Assembly (NCBI GenBank): GCA_030390025.1
Contig: CM059425.1
Span: 164,240,001-164,304,000 of the forward strand
Length of the DNA: 64,000 nucleotides
Source: Squalus acanthias
Taxonomy: Eukaryota
Reading direction: 5' to 3'
Positions 47,963-61,719 of the stretch are shown here, in pieces. The notes beneath the pieces were generated by a model. It did no database searches. It worked only from the letters and a program-made list of their open reading frames with translations, and had not been told where the DNA came from. The position numbers and the translations under genes were made by a program. Position 1 is the stretch's first letter. Every line of letters begins with the position of its first letter.

Positions 47963-50719
47963 TTACGAGTAAGGCAGATGAATTGAAGGTGTTGATGAAC
48001 ACATGGGAGTATGATATTGTTGCTATCACAGAGACATGGTTGAGGGAGGGGCAGGACTGGCAGCTCAATATTCCAGGGTATAGAATCTTCAGGCGAGACA
48101 GAGGGGGGTGTAAAAGAGGAGGGGGTGTCGCAATATTAATCAAGGAGTCATTTACTGCAGTAAGGAGGGATGATATCTTAGCAGGTTCCTCTAATGAGGC
48201 CATATGGGTAGAACTTAAAAACAAAAAGGGGGCAAGCACTTTGCTGGGAGTGTACTATAGGCCCCCAAACAGTCAGGGGGAGATAGAGGAACAGATATGT
48301 AGGCAAATCTCAGAGAAGTGTAGAAATAATAGGGTAATAATAGCAGGGGATTTCAACTTCCCCAATATTAACTGGGATAGTCAGAGTGTGAAAGACTTAG
48401 AGGGTGCGGAATTCTTAAAGTGCATCCAGGAGAGCTTTTTGAGCCAGCATGTAGAAAGTCCTACAAGAGAGGGGGCGGTACTGGACCTAATTCTAGGGAA
48501 TGTAGCCGGGCAAGTGGTAGAAGTGTCAGTAGGAGAGCATTTTGGTGACAGTGACCATAATTCGGTGAGATTTAAGGTAGTCATGGAAAAGGACAAAGAT
48601 GGACCGGAAATAAAGGTTCTAAATTGGGGGAAGGCCGATTTTAATATGATAAGGCAGGTTCTGGCCAAAGTGGACTGGGATCAGCTACTTGTAGGAAAAT
48701 CCACATCAGAGCAGTGGGAGTCATTCAGAAAGGAAACAGAGAGAGTACAGCGCCAACATGTTCCCGTAAAGGTCAAGGGTGGGACCAACAAGTCCAGGGA
48801 ACCCTGGATGTCAAGGGATATAGAAGAATGGATTAGGAAAAAAAGGGAGGCTTTTGGCAGATACAAAGGACTGAAAACAGTGGAAGCCCTAGAGGAGTAT
48901 AGAAAGTGCAGGGGGGTACTTAAAAAAGAAATTAGGAGAGCGAAGAGGGGGCATGAAAAAACACTGGCGGGCAAAATAAAGGAAAATCCCAAGGTGTTTT
49001 ATAAGTATATTAAGGGCAAGAGGATAACCAGGGAAAGAGTAGGGCCCATTAGGGACCAAAGTGGCAATCTGTGTGTAGAGCCGGAAGATGTAGGTGAGGT
49101 TTTAAATGAATATTTTGCATCTGTGTTCACTACGGAGAGGACGATGTAGGCATAGAAATCAGGCAGGGGGATTGTGATATACTTGAACAAATTAGCATTG
49201 AGAGGGAGGAGGTACTAACGGTTTTAGCAGGCTTAAAAGTGGATAAATCCCCAGGCCCCAAAATGCTAGTTAGGCCACAGCTGGAATACTGTGTGCAGTT
49301 CTGGTCGTCACACTATAGAAGGATGTGATTGCATTGGAGAGGGTGCAGAGGAGATTCACCAGGATGTTACCTGGGCTGGAGCGCTTCAGCTATGAAGAGA
49401 GACTGGACAGGCTGGGGTTGTTTTCCTTAGAGCAGAGAAGGCTGAGGGGGGACCTGATTGAGGTGTACAAAATTATGAGGGGCATAGATAGGCTAGATAG
49501 AAAGGAACTTTTCCTCTTAGTAGAGGGGTCAATAACCAGGGGGCATAGTTTCAAGGTAAGGGGCAGGAGGTTTAGAGGGGATTTGAGGAAAAACTTTTTC
49601 ACCCAGAGGGTGGTTGGAATCTGGAACTCACTGCCTGAAAGGGTGGTAGAGGCAGGAACCCTCACAACATTCAAGAAGCATTTAGATGAGCACTTGAAAC
49701 ACCATAGCATACAAGGCTACGGGCCAAGTGCTGGAAAATGGGATTAGATAGATAGGGCTTGATGGCCGTCGCAGACACGATGGGCTGAAGGGCCTCTTTC
49801 TGTGCTGTATAACTATGACTCTAAGATGTCATTCCAAATTCATTCTGACCTGTGCAAAAAGAAAAATTAAGAAAATTAGGAAGAGGGTCTTAATGTATAC
49901 ATGTTGGTACATAACACTCCCTGGAAACAGGCATGTATTTCAATGTAATGTATGTCCAATCTATTACTCTCAGGATGTTAGGGAAGCCTGTAAGTGCGTG
50001 GATATTCTGTTTCCTGGCGACACATGTTTGTGTTGGGAAAACAGAAATTGCAAACTGCCACCCTAAGCACAGCTGCTATCATGTGACTTACACAGTTGCA
50101 AGGGATGGACTTCCTGAGGCTTGTAATAAAATATGCAGGAAATCCCAGAATTGTAGAAAATAAGAGCAGTTGTCACATTTGCCCCCCCACTAGCAAAACC
50201 CTCCAGAAAAATATCAGAGCCTATATACTTGCACTGGGAGAAATCTCTTCCTCTATCTCATCTCACTGTTTGCTTACATCTATTTGGAAGAAATTAAACT
50301 TTAACATATTTTCTCTGTACTTTATTGTTGAATGCCATTTGAAACCTGATTTGACAGGCATGATTTACTAAATCAACTGGTTGGGGAAAAATGTGGAATA
50401 TTTGGAAAGTGGGGAAAAGCCCTTAACTAGTACATTCATGAGTTTGCACATATCTGGGCAGTGTGCTAGTGCAGCACCAACACACAATGCCAGGGAGCAA
50501 GGGCTCAGACTTTCATGCCCATAATCTCCACGGATGAGTTCCCACTCTCACCTGTGTCACTTTGGGGAAACACAAGCCAGAAGAAAATTCTGAAAGGGAG
50601 GCAAAGTTATTCTCAGGCCACTAAACAGTTTCAGACTTGTTGAATAATATTATCCAGGATGTTTGGTAACTAGTAGAATATTGTTATACAAGTTATTTAT
50701 ATACTATATACATGTGTGT

Positions 50720-51950
50720 TTGTTTGGAGGGTCGGTCGTCCTATCCAGGTAAAAATGACCTCCTTAGATTTAGTGGGGGCGGGAAATGTGGTGTTTCTTG
50801 TGGGTGATCGGAGCATGTGTGGAAAAAACGCTGCTGAATCTGTTGAGTATGTTCCAGAACAGAAAAATTCAGAGGGACTGAAAAAGGACACGCCCTAAAC
50901 TCGAACCTACTACAAGAAGTTTGGACGGAATAGAACCAGCGCTTCTGGTTTAAGGCTGCAAGTTCCTTTGGGTTCGGCTCTGCGAGAAAGAAGTAACTTG
51001 CTGTATTCGAGTGGCAGTACATATCCTCGAACATGTCGCAGCACAACAGAAGAAAAAGCAAAGAGCCCAGAAAGGTAAATGTGATCGAATCAGTCGCTGT
51101 TAGTTAATAAAGCAGCTCCAGCTCGGGCTGGAATGTCAGCTCCGACACTCCAGGCCGAAGCCCCGACCCGCCGGTCCCCACTCCTGCTGCTCCTGGATCG
51201 CCCGTCGCTGCTCCCAATTGTGTTTTGCTTGAATTGGTCTTTAGAACGAAGTTTGCAAGTTTTTTTTCCTGTAATTAAGTTGAGAGGAAATCCGCCGCAG
51301 GGCTCTTGGTGTTAATTATAAACATCCATCAGCATTCGGCTGAGCGGACAGTGGATGGAATAAATGATGTGAACTGACATTTAGGCTTGATTCCCCCAGC
51401 CGTCTGCGGGTGGTTTGGGCAGTGGAGCTGCGCCCCTCTGGGGGTGTGAGTGAGAGAGAGAGAGAAAGAGAAAGAGAGAGAGAGAGTGAGTGTGTGTGAG
51501 AGAATATGAGAGAGAGAGAGAGTGTGAGTGTCGGTGTTCAGTACACGACTTGCACTGATCCGGAAGGACTTAGAGAGTTGCTTCTCCTTCTTCCAGGTAG
51601 CCGTGGCTGAAAGTGTTCAATATTCAGTATTGCTGGGGGAGAAAATGGTTCCGCCGCCAGTCTGGGGCATTGCCACAGAATTGGGACTGTTTCACAGGCA
51701 GGCTGGAGAACTGCAGCTGCGCTTTCTGAGCCTTAGCACAGCCAGTATATTCGGGGCAAACGCTTTGAAGGTTGGCTGGCCGAGAGGAATCCGAACAGCT
51801 GGGTGTCATTTTCGACCTCGCCGTGTAAACGTGCAAATGATGCAGCAGTATTTTTGTAACCTGTTTTGCCGTCGATTGGATAAAATCGTTTGCAAAACAC
51901 TTCTGCGAAGTTGTGACACCTTTTTCAATTGCCGTGTGTGTTATAGGAAG
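50720..51950 (+). promoter_or_regulatory. Non-repetitive CpG-enriched region, putative host promoter / first exon
   Basis: CpG density visibly above flanks without TE hallmarks; GGGGCGGG box near 50775; (GA)n/(GT)n at 51445-51530. Confidence 0.5.
51033..51074 (+). CDS. Putative first coding exon MSQHNRRKSKEPRK
   Basis: ATG with A at -3, upstream in-frame stop, 14 codons, then phase-0 donor AAG|GTAAAT; gene not recognised. Confidence 0.35.
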
Positions 51951-52887
51951 TGAAATGGATCTTTTCCAAAAGTATTAGCTCAATGCTATCCATGGGCCTG
52001 ACTGAAAGAGGAACTTTGTGACCTATAGCCTCACGCATAAGCATTCCATGTACTCTGAGACTGTACATCCCCATCTCATTGGTTATCATTTGACCAGATC
52101 ATAGTATCAACAACTGTTAGAATTTTTAGGTATTAGTATTCCTGTGCTGAGAAATATAAACTTCCAAAGGCTAACTTTAAAAAATTTATTCTTGGGATGT
52201 GTCCAGCATTTATTGCCCAACCCCAGTTGCCTTGAGAAGGCGGTGGTGGGCCTTCTGCAGTGGTTTTGATACAACAAGGGACTCACTGGACCACTTAAGA
52301 GGGCAGTTAAGAGTCATCCAAGTTGGTGTGGGACTGGAATCGCATAAAGGCCAGACCGGGTAAGGATGACAGGTTTCCTTACCTAAAGGTCATTAGTGAA
52401 CCAGTTGGTCTGAGTGTCAATCTTAAATTTTTGTATGTCTTGGATGAAACATGGTGCTTTTGGAAGGAGAGGAGGGAGAAGGAGGCAATATCGCCTTTTT
52501 AAAAAAAATGTTTAATCTTGTAGTTGTGGTGCAAACAGCACCTACCAGTAAAGGTAATAGCAAGGCCATATCTAATTAGTAGACACAAGGCATGTAGGTT
52601 GTGGGGACATAGATGGGTGATAAAAAGAGGGAGGAATAAAAAGCATCAGTACATAAAAAGGATATAAGACCAAGAACAATACATTCAAAGTCATCAATCA
52701 AGGACACTAAAACTGGTGATGGACAATTGTTTTATTTTGGAAGGTTTAAATGCAGATGGGCCTTGAAAAGATGGACCTGACTGGCCTGATGGTAGTGCAC
52801 CTTATTTTATGTATACAGTATGGAGTGTCATTGAAGAATAAAACTAAAAGAGCTCTGTTACCTCATGATTTATTCATACACAATGAC

Positions 52888-53287
52888 AGCCAGCAGTGGA
52901 GACATTCGTAGGGCTGAAGCCAGAAGAGATTGGTCAGTTTTATATAGCACAGTGTTATCCAATATGTCATATTTGCACAGCATATGCATGTGTACTTTAA
53001 CCTTTCTATACGTTTGTTGGTAAAATGGCAAGATGAATTATTTTAGTGGTGTTGGTTGAGGAATAAATATTAGCAAGGACAACTTCCTAGCTCTTTAAAT
53101 AGTCCACCTGAGCAGAATGACAGCCTTGGTTTAACGTCACATTTGAAAGCCAACATATCTCTGACAATACAGCACTCCCTCAGTACCGCACTGACGTGTT
53201 AGCCTAATATTTGTGCTCAGGTCTCTGGAATGGGGCTTGACTTCATAACCTTTTGACTCAGAGGCAAGTGTGCTACCACTGAGCCAA
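52888..53287. repeat. Arm 1 of an inverted duplication (partner 53788-60231, interrupted)
   Basis: Reverse complement matches 53788-54075, 54512-54532 and 60138-60231, including non-SINE sequence. Confidence 0.9.
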
Positions 53288-53777
53288 TCCAGTAAAGCTA
53301 GTAAATCTTGCATGTCATCAAGTTGAAATATAATTTCAGACCCATAGAATGTGAAACAGACAACTGTTGAGATTGTGTTTCATATTAAGCAATCTGCCAT
53401 CTCAGATTGTAGGATACACACAAGGGTGTGGAGCATTGGCTCAGTAGTAGAATTCTCACCTGTCCAGTGAGTGAACCGGATAGAATTCCCAGCCAAATGC
53501 AGAGTAGAGATGGAGTCTACTTCACTTCTAATTCCTGGTTACATAGTCACTCGTGCTTGCCTTTCATTATATGGTTATCAAGTGCAGGAGAGATGCACTT
53601 AAGTGGTGCAGTATTAGTTGGATATATTTTGAGGGAGTGCAGTATTTTAGTTAAAAGAGCACTCCAGAAAAACGTGTTCAGTTATTGACGCTTACTCCAC
53701 TTTCTTGAGTTTTCATTAGTGTCTGTGATGTGTTTTGTAGCCATAGTGTCTATTATAGTCTTTAGGTATGTATTACG

Positions 53778-54050
53778 GGTGTCAGCCTTGGCTCAATGGT
53801 AGCACACTTGCCTCTGAGTCAAAAGATTATGAAGTCAAGGCCCATTCCAGAGATTTGAGCACAAATATTAGGCAAACACGTCAGTGCAGTACTGAGGGAG
53901 TGCTGTATTGTCAGAGATATGTTGGCTTTGGAATGTGACGTTAAACCAAGGCTGTCATTCTGCTCAAGTGGACTATTTAAAGAAGAGCTAGGGAGTTGTC
54001 CTTGCTAACATTTATTCCTCAACCAACACCACTAAAATAATTAATCTTAC
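53778..54050 (+). mobile_element. DeuSINE-like SINE, part of duplication arm 2
   Basis: tRNA-like head GGTGTCAGCCTTGGCTCAATGGTAGCAC. Confidence 0.8.
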
Positions 54051-54075
54051 CATTTTACCAACAAACGTATAGAAA

Positions 54076-54506
54076 AAAAAGACTTGCATTTATTTAGTGC
54101 CTTTCACGACCACTGGACGTCTCAAAGTGCTTTATAGCCAATGAAGTACTTTTGGAGTGTAGTCACTGTTGTAATGTGGGAAATGCGGCAGCCAATTTGC
54201 ACACAGCAAGCTCCCACAAACAGCAATGTGATAATGACCAGATAATCTGTTTTTGTTATGTTGGTTGAGGGATAAATATTGGCCAGGATACTGGGGATAA
54301 CTCCCCTGCTCTTCGAAATAGTGCCATGGGATCTTTTACGTCCACCTGAGGGAGCAAACGGGGCCTCGGTTTAACGTCTCATCCGAAAGGCAGCACCTCC
54401 GACAGTGCAGCACTCCCTCAGCACTGCACTGTGTGTCAGCATAGCTTTATGTGCTCAGGTCCCTGGAGTGGGACTTGAACCCACAACTTTCCTGACTCAG
54501 AGGTTG
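54076..54506 (-). mobile_element. Younger DeuSINE-like SINE inserted in arm 2
   Basis: Core and tail intact; TSD AGAAA (54071-54075, 54507-54511). Confidence 0.85.
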
Positions 54507-56596
54507 AGAAAGGTTAAAGTACACATGCATACATAGAAACATGGAAAAATAGAAGCAGGAGTAGGCCATTCGGCCCTTCGAGCCTGCTCCGCCATTCAAT
54601 ATGATCATGGCTGATCCTGTATCTCAATACCATGTTCCTGCTCTCTCCACATACCTCTTGATGCCTTTTGTGTCAAGAAACCTATCTATCTCCTTCTTAA
54701 CTATATTCAGTGACTTGGCCTCCACAGCCTTCTGCGGTAGAGAATTCCACAGGTTCACCACCCTCTGAGTGAAGAAATTTCTCCTCATCTCAGTCCTAAA
54801 TGTCCTACCCCGTATCCTGAGATTGTGACCACTCGTTCTAGACCCCCCAGCCAGGGGAAACATCCTCCCTGCAGCCAGTCTGTCTAGCCCTGTCAGAATT
54901 TTACACGTTTCAATGAGATCCCCTCTCATTCTTCTAAACTCTAGTGAATACAGACCTAGTCGACCCAATCTCTCCTCATACGACAGTCCTGCCATCCCAG
55001 GAATCAGTCTGGTGAATCTTCACTGCACTCCCTCTATGGCAAGTAGATTCTTTCTTAGGTAAGGAGACCAAAACTGCACACAGTACTCCAGGTGTGGTCT
55101 CACCAAGGCCCTGTATAACTGTAGTAAGACATCCTTGCTCCTGTACTCAAATCCTCTTGCAATGAAGGCCAACATACCATTTGCCTTCCTAACTGCTTGC
55201 TGCACCTGCATGTTTGCTTTCAGTGACTGGTGTGCAAGGACACCCAGGTCCCTCTGTACATCAACATTTCCCAATCTATCACCATTTAAATAATACTCTG
55301 CCTTTCTGTTTTTCCTACCGAAGTGGATAACTTCACATTTATCCACGTTATACTGCATCTGCAATGTATTTGCCCACTCACTCAACTTGTCTAAATCTCC
55401 TTGAAGCCTGTTTGCATCCTCACAACTCACAATCCCACCTAGTTTTGTGTCATCAGCAAACTTGGAAATATTACATTTGGTTCCCTCATCCAAATCATTC
55501 ATATATTTTGTGAATAGCTGGGGCCCAAGCACTGATCCCTGCGGTACCCCACTAGTCACCGCCTGCCACCCTGAAAAAGACCCATTTATTCCTACACTCT
55601 GTTTCCTGTCTGTTAATCAATTTTCAATCCATGCCAGTATATTACCCCCAATCCCATGTGCTTTAATTCTGCACACTAACCTCTTATGTGAGACTTTATC
55701 AAAGGTCTTCTGAAAATCCAAATACACCACATCCGCTGGTTCTCCCTTATCTATTCTACCAGTTACATCCTCAAAAAACTCCAGTAGGTTTGTTAAACAC
55801 GATTTCCCTTTCATAAATCCATGTTGACTTTGTCTCATCCCATTGATATTTTCTAAGTGTCCTGTTATCACATCCTTTATAATAGACTCTAGCATTTTCC
55901 TACTACTGATGTTAGGCTAACCGGCCTGTAGTTCCCTGTTTTCTCTCCCTCCTTTTTTAAATATTGGGGTTACATTTGTCACCCTTCAATCTGCAGGAAC
56001 TGTTCCATAATCTGTAGAATTTTGGAAGATGACAACCAATGTATCCACTATTTCCATGGCTACCTCTTTTAGTACTCTGGGATGCAGATTTTCAGGCCCT
56101 GGGGATTTATCGGCTTTCAGTCCCATTAATTACTCCAGCACTATTTTTTTACTAATACTAATTCCCTTAATTCCTCCTTCTCACTAGGCCCTTGGTTCCC
56201 TAGCATTTCTGGGATGTTATTTGTGTCCTCTTCCGTGAAGACAGAACCAAAGTATTTGTTTAATTGCTCTGCCATTTCCTTGTTCCCCATTATAAATTCT
56301 CCCGTTTCTGACTGTAAGGTACCTACATTTGTCTTCACTAATCTTTTTCTTTTTACATACTTGTAGAAGCTTTTACAGTCTGCTTTTATGTTCCTTGCAA
56401 GTTTACTCTCATTACTCTATTTTTCCCCTTTTAATCAATCTCTTGGTCCTTTTTTGCTGAACTCTAAGTTGCTCCCAATCCCGCAGGCTTGCTACTTTTT
56501 CTGGCAACTTTATATGACTCCTCTTTGGATCTAATACTATCCTTAATTTATTTTGTTAGCCACGGTTGTGCTGCTTTTCCTTTTGTGTTTTTAGAG

Positions 56597-57827
56597 TCAT
56601 AGGGCTGGATTTTGATACTGGGGCGGGCTGGGGTCGTGTCATCCAGTTTTTGTGTTATCCACCCGACTCCAATTGGATGTGGGAGATTGATGCGATTTTC
56701 ACCTAATTGGGCAATTGAGTTCCAGCATGTGGGAACCCATGACCCAATTAGTGTTTTCAGTCTGAAAGTCGCCTCTGATGATGTCATCATTGCTGCTGCA
56801 TTGAAGGTCTGCAAAGACTGCCTGGCCTTTGCTGTGAGAGGACCTGGAGGCAAAATGAGCAGCAGCAGCCCTAAGTCTGCTCCCAGATATTTTTGTACCA
56901 CCACCACCACTCCCAGATATTTCTTCTTCTTCTCCTCCTCCTCATCGAAATGTGCTACCGCCAGGTTTTACATTCGTGGTTCAGAACAGGCGTGCTTCAC
57001 GTAGAAAAAGGGTTAAAATCACAAAGGCCTTTCAAAATGGCATTATAGAGGCAATTTAGTGCTTGTTAAGGGCCTGAACAGCCTATCCCGCCTCTTAGAG
57101 GCGGGACGGAGTCGGGACCAGCAGACACCATTTAATGAAAATTGCGTGGAGGCGGGCTTGTGCCCGCCCGCCAGTTTTGGCAATTTTAACCCCCCACACG
57201 CCTCCAAACCCACCTCCACAGGTCAATGAAAATACAGCCCATAGAGTTATACAGCACAGAAAGAGGCCCTTTGGCCTATCGTGTCCGCACCGGCCATCAA
57301 GCCCTATCTATTCTAATCCCATTTTCCAGCACTTGGTCCGTAGCCTTGTATGCTATGGCGTTTCAAGTGCTCATCCAAATGCTTCTTGAATGTTGTGAGG
57401 GTTCCTGCCTCTACCACCTTTTCAGGCAGTGAGTTCCAGATTCCAATCACCCTCTGGGTGAAAAAGTTTTTCCTCAAATCCCCTCTAAACCTCCTGCCCC
57501 TTACCTTGAAACTATGCCCCCTGGTTATTGACCCCTCTACTAAGGGGAAAAGTTCCTTTCTATCTACCCTATCTATGCCCCTCATAATTTTGTACACCTC
57601 AATCATGTCCCCCCTAAGCCTTCTCTGCTCTAAGGAAAACAGCCCCAGCCTGTCCAGTCTCTCTTCATAGCTGAAGCGCTCCAGCCCAGGTAACATCCTG
57701 GTGAATCTCCTCTGCACCCTCTCCAATGCAATCACATCCTTCCTATAGTGTGGCGACCAGACCTGCACACAGTATTCCAGCTGTGGCCTAACTAGCGTTT
57801 TGTACAGCTCCATCATAACCTCCCTGC
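56597..57827 (-). mobile_element. 5'-truncated CR1 of another subfamily nested in CR1 ORF2
   Basis: ORF 57313-57858 near-identical to 49325-49747; TAGAG duplication; tail split by a MITE. Confidence 0.88.
56602..57240. mobile_element. Harbinger-type MITE (639 bp)
   Basis: TIR GGGCTGGATTTT / AAAATACAGCCC; TSD ATA. Confidence 0.88.
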
Positions 57828-60800
57828 TAGAGAGGAATGTATAACTGTTGCAATTCATGCATTCGTGCCTTAAATGTTAGCCATTGCCTATCCACCGTCA
57901 TGCCTTTCAATGAAGCTCCCCAATCTATCATCGTGAACTCACTCCTCATACCTTCGTAGTTTCCTTTGTTTCGATTTAGGACCCTAGTTTCGGATTGGAC
58001 TTCTTCACTTTCCATCTTAATGAAGAATTCTATCATGTTATGGTCACTCTTCCCTAAAGGACCCCGCACAACAAGATTATTAATAAACCCCTTCTCATTG
58101 CACAATACCCAATCTAGGATAGCCTGTTCCCTAGTTGGCTCCTCAATGTACTGGTCTAAAAAACCATCTAGTACACGCTCCAGGAATTCATCCTCCACAG
58201 TATTATTGCTAATTTGGTTTGGCTAGTCTACATGTAGATTAAAGTCACCCATGATTACTGTAGTACCCTTGTTACATGCATCTCTAATTTCCTGTTTGAT
58301 GCCATCCCCTACATTACCACTACTGTTTGGAGGCCTATAGACAACTCCCACCAATGTTTTCTGCTCTTTGGTGCTTCTTACCTCCAACCAGACTGATTCT
58401 ACATCTTCATTTTCTGAGCCAATATCCTTTCTCACTATTGCTCTGATTTCATTCTTTACTAACAACGCCATCCCACCTCCTTTTCCTTTTTGCCTGTCCT
58501 TCCTAAATATCGAATATCCTTGGATATTCAGCTCCCAGCCTTGGTCACCCTGCAGCCATGTCTCCGTAATCACAATTATATCATATCCATTTACATCTAT
58601 TTACGTTGTTAATTCGTCTACCTTATTACGAATGCTTCGTGCATTCAGATACAATGCCTTTAGATTTGTCTTTTTAACATTTTTAGAAATCTTAAATTTT
58701 TTTTGTACTATGGCCCTGTTTATCTTATTACCATTTTTACTTACCCTATTTGTTAGTGCACTCCTTTGTTTGTATGCTCTGTCCCTTCCTGACACAATCT
58801 GGTTATCCTTACCCCAATCACTTTCCTGCACTGCTTTCTTGTCTTTTCTCTTTAGCATTCTAGATTTCTCTCCACCGGGACCCTCCCCCGCCTTATTTAG
58901 TTTAAAGCCCTATCTACCTCACTAGTTATTCAATTCACTAGAACTCTGGTCCCAGCATGGTTCAGGTGTAGTCCGTCCCAACAGAATAGCTCTCTCTTTC
59001 CCCAGTACTGGTGCCAGTGCCCCACGAATCGAAACCCACTTCTCCCACACCAATCTTTGAGCCACGCATTCATCTTCCTGATCCTATTGACCCTATGCCA
59101 ATTTGCTCGTGGCTCCGGTAATAATCCAGAGATTATGACCTTTTGTGGTTCTGCTTTTTAATGTAGTCCCTAGCTGCTCAAACTCTCTCAGCAGAACCTC
59201 TTTCTTTGTCCTACCTGTGTCGTTGGTACCTACGTGGACCACGACAACTGGATCCTCCCCCTCCCACTCCAAGTTCTTCTCCAGCCCGGAGGAGATGTCC
59301 TTTACCTTGGCACCACGACTCATGCTCCTGGCTGCAGAGAACAATGTCTATCCCCCTAACTATACTGTTGCCTACTACAACCACGTTCCTTTTTACTCCC
59401 CCCACTTGAACGGCTTCCTGTACCACGGTGCCCCGCAGTCCCCGCACTTGTCCACAAGGGTTGCAAGAACCTCAAATCTATTAGACAAGTGCAGGGACTG
59501 AGGCTCCTGCAATACTACCTTCTGGATCCCCGTACCTGCCTCACTCGCAGTCACACCCTCCTGTCCCTGACCACGTGTCAATTCTAAAGTATTTAATCTA
59601 AGGGGTGTGGCTGCCTCCTGGAGCAAAAGGGCCAGGTAACTTTCTCCCTCCCTGATGTCTCGCAATGTCTGCAGCTCGGACTCCAGCTCCTCAACTCGGA
59701 GCCAAAGTTCTTCGAGCCGCAGACACTTACCGCAGATGTAGTCACCCTGGACAAAAATGTCCACAAGCTCCCACATATTGCAACAGCAACACATCTCCTG
59801 TTCTCCCATTATTTAATTAATTAATTAATTTAATGTTAATCAAATTATTTACCTCATTTAGTTTATTAAATTAATTACATTAAGTTTAGTTTTTAAAATT
59901 TAGTTATATGTTATGTTAACTCAAAACTTAGCCTACAGTCACTACCAAACACTTACCTGCCTTACCTGTAACGTCACACTGCCATTTTCTCTTGTTGATG
60001 CAGATCTGTTGCTGCTTTTATCCCCGCTCTCAGGCCTCAGTCTGCTTCCGCTCAGGTCCGCTGCTGCTCTGAAGGAGAAGTTAGGAAAAGCAAGCACCAC
60101 CTTCCTCCACTTTACCGAACTCCCACACTTACCATACGCTGTGCAAATATGACATATTGGATAACACTGTGCTATATTAAACTGACCAATCTCTTCTGGC
60201 TTCAGCCCTATGAATGCCTCCACTGCTGGCTTTTAGTTCTGGACTTTGTAGCTCCCAGTTGCCAGATAATGGGAGGCTCCGCCTGGTGCATCTTTGCTTC
60301 AGCTCGGGTTTGTTTCAGCTCCCACTTTGTGTGATTGTTCTGGGTCCCTGGCCCTGTTCTCCATTTATTGAGTAATTGCTACACTTCCTCCCCCCACCCC
60401 ACCCCAATGTTTCAGTGAAATGTTGTCTTTCCTCTCTCCTGCATTGTTTGCAGCTCCATATCATTCTGAAAATGAGCATGGGGTCCTGTAATGGCTGCAC
60501 ATTGATGACAGAGTAACTACAACAAATGGAGATGGGTTTTAATATTAGCAAATACAACTTCCCACTCCCAAGGGGGAAGGATACTCTAACACGAGATGAC
60601 TTGCTTTGGCGGTACATACGAAAATATGAACATTGTTCTTCATCACTAATACAAGCACTACTGGTTTTGTTGCTTTGAAAGGTGTGTTGTATTTGCATTT
60701 TAGTTAAAGGTATGTCTCATTTGTATTTAGGATGGCTGTGAAGATTTTTTGTTTACTCTTTTTCTATCTTGTACTAGCTTATCTCCTCTTAATTTTCTCC

Positions 60801-60944
60801 CTTTTTTTCTCTTTATGCCAAGAATTGTAAGCCCTGCACCTTTACCCCTTCCCCTGCTCCTTCATATCCAAGAATAAAAAAAGGCTTACAGCACTAAAAT
60901 CCAGCAAGGTGTTTGAAAAAGAACAGAGTGCCAGCTTTCAGATG

Positions 60945-61245
60945 AGTTGTTTGATCTTTTGGAGGAGATGTTAAACTGAGGCCCTGTCTGTCCTGTCAGG
61001 TGATCGTAACGATTCCATGGCACAATTCAAAGAAGAGCAGGAGAATTCTCCTGTGTCCTGGCCAATATTTATCCTTCAACCAGCATCACCAAAAACAAAC
61101 TACCTGGTCATTTATCTTACTACTTTGTCATCCAAAAGGTGACACCTCTGACTAGATTACATGCTGAAGTTGTGGAAAGAGGCTTGAACCCACAAACTCT
61201 GAACAAAAATTGAGAGTGCTACAACTGAGCCAAGGCTGACACTAA
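60945..61245. mobile_element. Two DeuSINE-like fragments in opposite orientation
   Basis: Plus-strand core about 60945-61125, then minus-strand head about 61130-61245. Confidence 0.7.
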
Positions 61246-61719
61246 CAATCTCAAAGTTGCTGTAATTTGCTAAGTTAATACTTGTGTATGGCAGTGCCTG
61301 TTTTTGTGAATGTGGAATGTCTGTTCAGCCACATTAGAATATGCTAATACAGTCATCCAAGAATAGAATTTTAGTATGCTGTCAAATGAAAATCATACTA
61401 CATAAAGTTTCCAAGGCACAATCCATCTTTTTGGGAAGCTGATAATTGGACACCTCTAATGTTGTTTTTGTAGGCTGTATACTATACACGGCTAGATATT
61501 TCACACAATTGAAATCCATTCACTCCTGTAAGCATCAGTTTTCATAGTCGCTATTGCTACTGAGGTAGATGAATTTGCAAATAATTGAATGATTCTTCTT
61601 ATAAAGACAGAGGGAACTAGCGAGCAATGTATTTACAGCTGTATTCTCCATGCCAACGTTTTAAAAGCTGTTAGATGTGGTTCAGCAAAAATGCCTATAT
61701 CATTAGCCCAACCCATCAG

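Larger units (their letters stand above)
47140..49822 (+). mobile_element. CR1 LINE: ORF1 esterase, ORF2 endonuclease, RT deleted, 3' end
   Basis: CLPGARVKD..VHIGTND..DGLHLN; ORF 47983-49149; junction near 49260 jumps to LVRPQLEY; tail CTGTATAACTATGACTCT. Confidence 0.92.
54533..60132 (-). mobile_element. Full-length decayed CR1 LINE with nested insertions
   Basis: 5' UTR, ORF1 zinc finger/zipper (59809), esterase (GNSIVRG, VHVGTND), ORF2 EN (58660-57840) and RT (56590-54624); CATAC duplication at 54528-54532 and 60133-60137. Confidence 0.93.
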
